Positions 57,644 to 64,000 of a stretch of 64,000 nt of DNA are shown here, piece after piece. A program made the translations under genes and the position numbers. Position 1 is the first letter of the stretch. Every line of letters starts with the position of its first letter. The stretch is from IMG/VR virus record IMGVR_UViG_3300005613_000049, positions 5,309 to 69,308 of that record, one strand, 5' to 3'. A model generated the notes under the pieces. That model saw only the letters and a list, made by a program, of their open reading frames with translations. It searched no databases and was not told the origin of the DNA. This DNA is from a virus.

Positions 57644-57825
57644 AATTTGGGATAACTGTATACGTTATACTTGCTATAATTGCGGTATCTGGTTGGATAC
57701 AAAGTATAGTTAAATTTGCACATTGTGATTTTAAACCACCTTATAAAGCAGAAATAGTATATGGTCTTGGTATGGTTATACCAGCAGCTGGTATTTTTGT
57801 AGGCTGGATAAATATTGGAAAATGA
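57640..57825 (+). CDS. small membrane protein
   Basis: RBS AGGAGG; two hydrophobic segments. Confidence 0.55.
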   Translation: MKFGITVYVILAIIAVSGWIQSIVKFAHCDFKPPYKAEIVYGLGMVIPAAGIFVGWINIGK

Positions 57826-58055
57826 TAAATCCACTATTACCTATTATTATTGCTATAGAAATAGCAGTACTAGCGCTCGTAACGCACGTAAATAAGGAAA
57901 TGTTACGTCATTATAGATGTACAAAGGGACAAAAAACAGAATCAAAAGCCATGAATATTTTCACATCAATTGTCAGGGTAATACAACTTGTTATAATAGT
58001 AAGTATTGCTATTTGTGCATCAAAAGTAATAACGCTTCTACTATTCAAACAGTAA
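57822..58055 (+). CDS. small membrane protein
   Basis: ATGA overlap; two hydrophobic segments. Confidence 0.45.
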   Translation: MINPLLPIIIAIEIAVLALVTHVNKEMLRHYRCTKGQKTESKAMNIFTSIVRVIQLVIIVSIAICASKVITLLLFKQ

Positions 58056-58262
58056 ACATTGTAGTGAACTAGTGACTAAATTAACTATATCTAACATACT
58101 TTTAACGAAAAGTCAACAAAAACCGTTAAATTTTACTTAATCTCGGCGAAAAAAAGTCGAAATCGACTAAAAACCGAAAAATTTTAGCAAAAAACAGAAA
58201 ATATCGCCAAAATAGGGTATATTCTGCTCATTTTGCACTAATATATAGGAAAGGAAAAGGAT

Positions 58263-58400
58263 ATGAGAGTCCTAACCGGTGCATTAACTTTAGTTGTTTC
58301 TGGCCTTATTGGTTTGTATTTAGATGTAGGATTAGGTATCAGCTATCCAGTCGTTTACTGGTTTCTTGGATGTATTAGTGGTTTGTTAGCGATGCGATAG
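58263..58400 (+). CDS. 45-aa hydrophobic peptide
   Basis: Read by hand: MRVLTGALTLVVSGLIGLYLDVGLGISYPVVYWFLGCISGLLAMR* after a purine-rich RBS. Confidence 0.35.
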   Translation: MRVLTGALTLVVSGLIGLYLDVGLGISYPVVYWFLGCISGLLAMR

Positions 58401-58632
58401 TACCCTCTAATAAGTCATCCATTTTATACCATTTCCCTCTATCATGTAAATCCTTGAAGCTGTCATAAATACTTTGTAGATCTCTATTAGTACCTTCGAA
58501 CGACCCCATCATAATAAATTCATTATCAGGATGTCTGTTATATTCCTTTAAATACCATTTAATACGTCTAGCACTATTACTTTTACCAATGTAAACACTA
58601 TTAGTACTTCTATGTAATACGAAGTAAATCAT
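58375..58632 (-). CDS. GIY-YIG/T5orf172-like small protein
   Basis: MIYFV...VYIGKS...RI...GKWY. Confidence 0.6.
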   Translation of the reverse strand: MIYFVLHRSTNSVYIGKSNSARRIKWYLKEYNRHPDNEFIMMGSFEGTNRDLQSIYDSFKDLHDRGKWYKMDDLLEGTIASLTNH

Positions 58633-58650
58633 TTTTGTAATTCCTCATAA

Positions 58651-58790
58651 TGTGTCCGGACATTTTAGTGCGTCCGGACATTTTAGTGTGTCCGGACATT
58701 TTAGTGTGTCCGGACATTTTAGTGTGTCCGGACATTTTAGTGCGTCCGGACATTTTAGTGCGTCCGGACATTTTAGTGCGTCCGGACATT
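58651..58790. repeat. 18-bp tandem repeat (~7.8 copies) with palindromic core
   Basis: TG(T/C)GTCCGGACATTTTAG at 58651, 58669, 58687, 58705, 58723, 58741, 58759, 58777 (last partial). Confidence 0.95.
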
Positions 58791-58797
58791 CTATATA

Positions 58798-58830
58798 TAT
58801 TATAGAATAAAATCCCACTTTTGCTAGATA
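58798..58830 (-). promoter_or_regulatory. conserved 33-bp promoter, copy 5
   Basis: Same motif as 28811. Confidence 0.7.
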
Positions 58831-59124
58831 GAAAATATATAATAAATAATATATAAATAATATATTAATATATACTAAATAGTATTAGTTCGTATAGTTA
58901 CGAATAAGTAAGGAAGAACAGAAACAAGAAGGTTAATAGGCGACGGAAGAGTTGGTACTACTTGGTATACATACTATTTTATACATACTAAATCAGTAAT
59001 CGATCGCTGAGAAAAATAGTCGATCGATAAAATTTTCGATCTGGAAATCGATCGCCTGTGTGATCGACTCCCAGGCAGCGTAAATTTTCGTTAAGAGAAT
59101 AGTATAAATATATATAAATAAAGT

Positions 59125-59201
59125 ACTAAATAGTAGTGTACGAAATAACACTAAATAGTAGTGTACGAAATAACACTAAATAGTACTAAATAGTAGTGTA
59201 C
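59125..59201. repeat. 25-bp AT-rich direct repeat, two copies plus partials
   Basis: ACTAAATAGTAGTGTACGAAATAAC; a related copy lies near 60097-60130. Confidence 0.85.
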
Positions 59202-59275
59202 AAGCAGTAACTAAATAATAATTGTATAATAAATAGTAATATACTAGATGGTATAGAATAGTAATATAAGAAACA

Positions 59276-59965
59276 TTAAGAAGTTGATCGTTGTTCATCG
59301 ATATCTCTAATTATCTTACCAAGCCGTTTCATTTCATCTACCGTAAAGTTGTTACTTCTTGTAACATTACATCTTTGGCACGCTACAACAGTATTATCTT
59401 TAGTGTGCCCCATAGTGTTATCTATGCGATCCAACCCTAAATTATGAATAGAGCCACAGTAGATGCATTTACTAACAGATAGTCGCAGAAGAAGATCATT
59501 CATTGTAAAATCCGGAGGATCATATCCCCGTTTTATATCTTTGTCCCTATACATTCTATACTTTCTATCTATAACTCGTACTACTTTATTTTCTCTTTCA
59601 TATTGATCATCAACCTGCGGATTTTTTCTACGATATTCTTTTCTATATTGTACATAATGAGCTTTATTGTTATAATAATTCTTCCGCCGCATATTTTTAT
59701 ATTTATCTGAAGTGGCAGTTTTAGCATGCATGAGAGATCTACTACTAACTCTACACTCTTCACCTTTATGATTTGTACAAAGATACACACGGACATGATC
59801 AATTATGGAATGGAAAGAAATAATGATATAACAGCCAAACCTTGTCCCTTTCCATTCTCTCATAGGTGCTTTTCGCATACACGTAGTAGTACAGAACTTG
59901 TTACAAGTAGGAAGTAGTTCTTTACCACAAGTTCTACATTTCCTGTCCATATTATATACCTCCAA
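59276..59965 (-). CDS. HNH-type homing endonuclease
   Basis: CIYCG...GLDRIDN..GH..DN.V.AC..CN. Confidence 0.7.
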   Translation of the reverse strand: MEVYNMDRKCRTCGKELLPTCNKFCTTTCMRKAPMREWKGTRFGCYIIISFHSIIDHVRVYLCTNHKGEECRVSSRSLMHAKTATSDKYKNMRRKNYYNNKAHYVQYRKEYRRKNPQVDDQYERENKVVRVIDRKYRMYRDKDIKRGYDPPDFTMNDLLLRLSVSKCIYCGSIHNLGLDRIDNTMGHTKDNTVVACQRCNVTRSNNFTVDEMKRLGKIIRDIDEQRSTS

Positions 59966-60022
59966 GATACAACTTGAAATAAACGCTCGACCACACGGTA
60001 AAGCAGTATAACTGTCTATGTA

Positions 60023-60055
60023 TATTATAGAATATTATTCCAGTTTTGCTAGAGA
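60023..60055 (-). promoter_or_regulatory. conserved 33-bp promoter, copy 6
   Basis: Same motif as 28811. Confidence 0.65.
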
Positions 60056-60172
60056 AAAATAAACACAATATAAAATGTTAAATAGTAAAATAAATACTAA
60101 TTAGTAGTGTACAAAATAATACTAAATAGTAAAACAAAAAACAAAAAATAAAAAATAAAAAAAGAGGTTAAA

Positions 60173-60460
60173 ATGGATCTTGTTAAATGTATTAGGTGCG
60201 GTGTATGTTGTATTGTAGCTCCATGTGGTATAGCACCATTGAATAGTGAAGGTATATGCTCATTTCTAACAATACATGAAGATGGATATACCTCTTGTAA
60301 ATATATAGAAGAACATGGGAATCCTTATAGTAATGGATGTTTTCTAAGAAGTCCTGGTAATGAAGAAGTGTATAAGTACTATAAAGATCAAGCTGAAAGA
60401 ATGGTAGGTGTGAAGTTAAATGGTATTAAAACTAGTGATGATCTATTAACTACTTGTTGA
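60173..60460 (+). CDS. YkgJ-like Cys-cluster (Zn/Fe-S) protein
   Basis: CIRCGVCC...C.FL......C..I.....C. Confidence 0.6.
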   Translation: MDLVKCIRCGVCCIVAPCGIAPLNSEGICSFLTIHEDGYTSCKYIEEHGNPYSNGCFLRSPGNEEVYKYYKDQAERMVGVKLNGIKTSDDLLTTC

Positions 60461-60546
60461 ACTATGTATTTGTTTACACTTAGTTCGGTGGGATAATGTT
60501 TTCTACCCGCCGGGGTTAAATTTCCCGTAACACAATATAATAGGAA

Positions 60547-60786
60547 ATGTATATGTATTTATATGATATAAAATACAATATAAACAATCCGAAAGGATGT
60601 AAGAAAACTAATACAGTAAGTAAAAGAGGTAGAACAAAACATGAAGCCATTGTAAGATTTCGTGCAACTCATCCTACTGATAGTATCTTAAAAACTAAGC
60701 GATTATTCGTTCTTACAATGTACAGTGTTGATAGATTTGATAATAAGTTTGACAAGATGAGACGTTACTATAACAAATATATATGA
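60547..60786 (+). CDS. hypothetical protein
   Basis: ORF after the repeat element. Confidence 0.45.
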   Translation: MYMYLYDIKYNINNPKGCKKTNTVSKRGRTKHEAIVRFRATHPTDSILKTKRLFVLTMYSVDRFDNKFDKMRRYYNKYI

Positions 60787-60806
60787 ATTAGAAAGGGCAT
60801 GATGTT

Positions 60807-61205
60807 ATGAAAAATGCTATGAATGGTTTGAGGGTTTGTGAAGATGATATGAATAAGAAGGAATCTGAAGAAATTATTTTATTATTTACTAGGCTGGCAA
60901 ACCTAGAAAGTGAAATATGCTCCAAGATAAGTCGTAGTGCTGAAGTAAAAAGTGTAAATATAATTAGTATAAATATATCTGAGGATGGTCTGTTAAGATA
61001 CGACGAGATTTTTTTGGCGCTAGAATTAGAGATTCACATAGATAATGTTGATATGAAAGACTTAATTAATCTATCCAGTGGAGGTGAAGTTAGGATTATA
61101 AATCACTTTCAAGGTGCCATTTATATTTCGTTTAGGACATCATATAACTATACATTTAATAGAGATGGTACAGTTACATCATCATTCTCAAAAATAATGG
61201 AGTGA
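60807..61205 (+). CDS. hypothetical protein, paralog of 61287..61682
   Basis: Shared IFL.(L/M)ELE..I.N.D..D.I.LS..G and TSYN..FN.D.TVTSS. Confidence 0.6.
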   Translation: MKNAMNGLRVCEDDMNKKESEEIILLFTRLANLESEICSKISRSAEVKSVNIISINISEDGLLRYDEIFLALELEIHIDNVDMKDLINLSSGGEVRIINHFQGAIYISFRTSYNYTFNRDGTVTSSFSKIME

Positions 61206-61286
61206 AACTATCTTCTACCCGCCGGGGTTAAATTTACTATAACAAATATATATAGATAAAGTACTAATCTAAGGGGGTACAGTACT

Positions 61287-61682
61287 ATGGATTATGAAAT
61301 TAAAGAAAGTAAACAAGAATCACTGGAGATGTTATCTTTATTTGATAAATTAATAGGCATGAAAAACGATGCATATGCTAGAATATTGGCTCTATTACCA
61401 GCAAGTTCTAAGGCTAGAGTAGAAAGTATAGATGCGGTCAATATAAAAGTAACCAATGACGATAGTGAATTAGAAGAATGTGATATCTTTCTGGAAATGG
61501 AGTTAGAAGCTTTTATATCAAATATTGATACACAAGACATAATTGCTTTATCCCATACGGGTAAGGCTACTATTACAACTTGTAATGACGATATTATATG
61601 TGCTTCATACGCTACATCATACAATTTTTCGTTTAATGAAGACAATACTGTAACATCATCACTTTCGATAACAGAAGAATAA
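61287..61682 (+). CDS. hypothetical protein, paralog of 60807..61205
   Basis: Same shared motifs as 60807..61205. Confidence 0.6.
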   Translation: MDYEIKESKQESLEMLSLFDKLIGMKNDAYARILALLPASSKARVESIDAVNIKVTNDDSELEECDIFLEMELEAFISNIDTQDIIALSHTGKATITTCNDDIICASYATSYNFSFNEDNTVTSSLSITEE

Positions 61683-61775
61683 AGGCTATATCATTTTCTA
61701 CCCGCCGGGGTTAAATTTCCCGTAACAAATATATATAAATAGAATACTAAATAGTAAATACTAAGGAGGTATGCT

Positions 61776-61961
61776 ATGTGTAAAAAGAGTGCAGAATCAT
61801 TAAGGTGGAAAGCCAAATGGGACTCACTAGCAGGGTCAAGGGCAAAGGAGAGGCAGTCGAAGATATTAAAAGAACTTTGGGCATCAAAACCTGGTTTAAA
61901 GGCAAGAAGATTGCTGAGTATAAGCCTTAAGAAATTCATGAGAGAAACATCGCATATATAA
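61776..61961 (+). CDS. small basic protein
   Basis: RBS AAGGAGG. Confidence 0.5.
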   Translation: MCKKSAESLRWKAKWDSLAGSRAKERQSKILKELWASKPGLKARRLLSISLKKFMRETSHI

Positions 61962-61978
61962 CGTAAGCAGAAAGGAGT

Positions 61979-62512
61979 ATGATTATGAGTTCTAAAAAAG
62001 GTGTTGGAATAAGATTCGTCAGGGGTTACATTCTTGCACTTATTAAACAAAGAGAACCGATAGCACACAAAGATCTTGTTGAGATAATAAGGCGTGACGA
62101 TACAATAAGTATGAACATGACGATTAATGGCTCAAACAAATATGCTTACAGGACAAAGGAAATTCTGCACAGAAAAGGTCTTATCGAAAAAGTCAACACG
62201 TACCACGGAAATGGCACGTCTGTTATTTTCAATAATGATATAAGTTTAAGTGGGGAAGAATTAGAAGTTTTAGCAAAAGAAGTATACGACGATCTTAGAG
62301 CTATAAATAACCATAGAACTACACTGAGTAGAAATAAATATAAAGCTGATACTGATAAAAACGCGCCCATGACACCAGTATGGTCTATAGTAATAGATGA
62401 AAAAAATGTATCTATTAAGCATAACGATAATCTTGTAGGTATGATATCATCTAATAGGAAAGCTGTTATCGATCTAACGATGTCAGGACAGGCAATAGTA
62501 GAGATTTTATGA
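61979..62512 (+). CDS. putative winged-helix DNA-binding protein
   Basis: ILALIKQREPI...DLV...L.RKGLIEK pattern. Confidence 0.4.
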   Translation: MIMSSKKGVGIRFVRGYILALIKQREPIAHKDLVEIIRRDDTISMNMTINGSNKYAYRTKEILHRKGLIEKVNTYHGNGTSVIFNNDISLSGEELEVLAKEVYDDLRAINNHRTTLSRNKYKADTDKNAPMTPVWSIVIDEKNVSIKHNDNLVGMISSNRKAVIDLTMSGQAIVEIL

Positions 62513-62585
62513 TACTTTTTACCCACCGAATAATTTTTTGTACAAATAAGTAAGTGGGTAGTTATGTCTCATTTTACAACCTTAA

Positions 62586-62801
62586 ATAGTAAAATTACTC
62601 ATTCCAGTTAGTGATCCTAAAGCATGCCGTTCAGAGGCGCTAAGATTGGCAGCTATATATGGCCATACCGAAGTGGTAAAACTGCTTATCCCAGTCAGTG
62701 ATGTTGAAGCACCAGAATTTGATGTAATGGAATGGGCTAATAGGATTTGCAATATCGAAATAGTAAAATTAATAAAATCTGCCATTAGTAGTAAAAAATA
62801 A
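62586..62801 (+). pseudogene. start-less ankyrin-repeat gene fragment
   Basis: Open frame preceded by TAA; first ~100 bp identical to 63726..63825. Confidence 0.75.
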
Positions 62802-62878
62802 AATAATACCTTTTAATAAACTAAGAAATTTACATTACTATGTGAATATGACTTAAAACTAAAAAGGAGTATAAGAAA

Positions 62879-63292
62879 ATGATTATGGTAGACACTATTT
62901 TACTTATTGGTATTGTTGTTTTAGGTATTGTAGGTATAATCGTTACAATCAGTGTATATAAAGAACACTTTAAAACTACAACTACCAGAGAAGTTCACAC
63001 ACCTATTAAGAAAAAACAATCATATGGAAAAATAAGTAATTCAGAGGTAATTGAAAAACCACTGAGAAGTACCATGGGTGCAATCTTAAGACACATGATA
63101 AAAAGTAATTTTACCTTTTTTACTGTAAATGGTATTTCTACCAGAATTAAAGTGTCACCAGATCAGGTAAATGAAGCTTTAGTATTTTTAAAGAACCATA
63201 AGATAATGAAAGAGACACTTACACCAACCACTGGTCGTTATTACCTACCGGACGATATTAGATGGCTTTTAACAACTATGTATGAGTTCTAG
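62879..63292 (+). CDS. membrane-anchored protein with HTH-like C-terminus
   Basis: N-terminal TM; RBS AGGAG. Confidence 0.5.
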   Translation: MIMVDTILLIGIVVLGIVGIIVTISVYKEHFKTTTTREVHTPIKKKQSYGKISNSEVIEKPLRSTMGAILRHMIKSNFTFFTVNGISTRIKVSPDQVNEALVFLKNHKIMKETLTPTTGRYYLPDDIRWLLTTMYEF

Positions 63293-63354
63293 AACGAAAT
63301 TTGTAAGATATACTTTTTAATCTGCGAAAAATCTTTTATACAAAGGAGTTTATC

Positions 63355-63867
63355 ATGAACTATTATAAAATAACTAACAAAAACGAAACACATCATGGGC
63401 TTAAATACAAAACTGGATTAAACATAGATCCTAAGCCTTGGAATCCATCCGGTAATTGTGAGGAAGGAGGGATATATTTTTCTAGAGAGGACATCTTGTT
63501 TTTCCTGAACTATGGTCCATGGATTAGAAAAGTTACTTTGCCAAGCAATACTCCGATATATACTAACCCAGGATCACCGGTAAAATTTAAAGCTCCTAAA
63601 GTGATACTGGGCCCTAGAAGAAAAATCACAGTATCGGTTATAAAAGAGCTATTAGCCGAGGGAGCTGACCCCAAAGTAGCTGGTTCTTGGGCGCTAAGAT
63701 GGGCTGCTGGAAATGGCTATACAGGAATAGTAAAATTACTCATTCCAGTTAGTGATCCTAAAGCATGCCGTTCAGAGGCGCTAAGATTGGCAGCTATATA
63801 TGGCCATACCGAAGTGGTAAAACTGATAAAATCCGCCATCAACAAAAGAAATAGGAGCCAATTATGA
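63355..63867 (+). CDS. ankyrin-repeat protein
   Basis: ALRWAAGNGYTGIVKLLI, ALRLAAIYGHTEVVKLI. Confidence 0.85.
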   Translation: MNYYKITNKNETHHGLKYKTGLNIDPKPWNPSGNCEEGGIYFSREDILFFLNYGPWIRKVTLPSNTPIYTNPGSPVKFKAPKVILGPRRKITVSVIKELLAEGADPKVAGSWALRWAAGNGYTGIVKLLIPVSDPKACRSEALRLAAIYGHTEVVKLIKSAINKRNRSQL

Positions 63868-64000
63868 ACTACTATAAAATAACTAACAAGAAAGAGACAC
63901 ACCATGGGCTTAAATATAAAACTGGGTTAAATATAGACCCTAAGCCATGGAATCCATCAGGCAATTGTGAAGAAGGCGGGATATATTTCTCTAGAGAGGA
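63864..64000 (+). CDS. tandem paralog of the ankyrin protein (partial, runs off the window)
   Basis: MNYYKITNKKETHHGLKYKTGLNIDPKPWNPSGNCEEGGIYFSRE; ATGA overlap. Confidence 0.85.
   Translation, partial: MNYYKITNKKETHHGLKYKTGLNIDPKPWNPSGNCEEGGIYFSRE

Larger units (their letters stand above)
60501..61727 (+). repeat. dispersed intergenic element, three copies (60501, 61213, 61696)
   Basis: TTCTACCCGCCGGGGTTAAATTT identical in all three; copies 1 and 3 extend with CCCGTAACA. Confidence 0.9.

Noticed and set aside
58651-58790. CRISPR array
   Set aside because: Repeats are contiguous with no unique spacers; no cas genes
62585-63825. Diversity-generating retroelement TR/VR pair
   Set aside because: The 100-bp copies are identical with no adenine-specific mismatches, and no reverse transcriptase is present in the window
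1-64000. Genome-wide TAG recoding (code 15)
   Set aside because: Long genes are intact in code 11, and TAG ends several genes at sensible boundaries

Overview
AT-rich, gene-dense 64 kb segment of a large tailed dsDNA bacteriophage, standard genetic code. Genes in 1-45 kb are almost all on the minus strand. From left to right this arm holds: a ~12 kb glycan-modification island (glycosyltransferases, several SAM methyltransferases, a sulfotransferase-like protein, a PIG-L deacetylase, two homing endonucleases); the head and packaging module (putative neck protein, major capsid, decoration, scaffold, protease, portal, intein-containing TerL); a NusG-like factor; dNMP kinase; cold-shock protein; M15 peptidase; an intein-containing actin-like ATPase that resembles archaeal volactin; ClpP; 11 tRNA genes including a CUA-anticodon suppressor; Pth2-like, Def (interrupted), HtrA, Smr and HldE-type adenylyltransferase genes. 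From 45.4 kb genes switch to the plus strand and are mostly small hypotheticals (PcfJ-like, SSB-like, ankyrin), with several families of conserved intergenic repeats and an origin/centromere-like tandem repeat at 58.65-58.79 kb. All protein assignments come from motif recognition by eye; no database searches were run.
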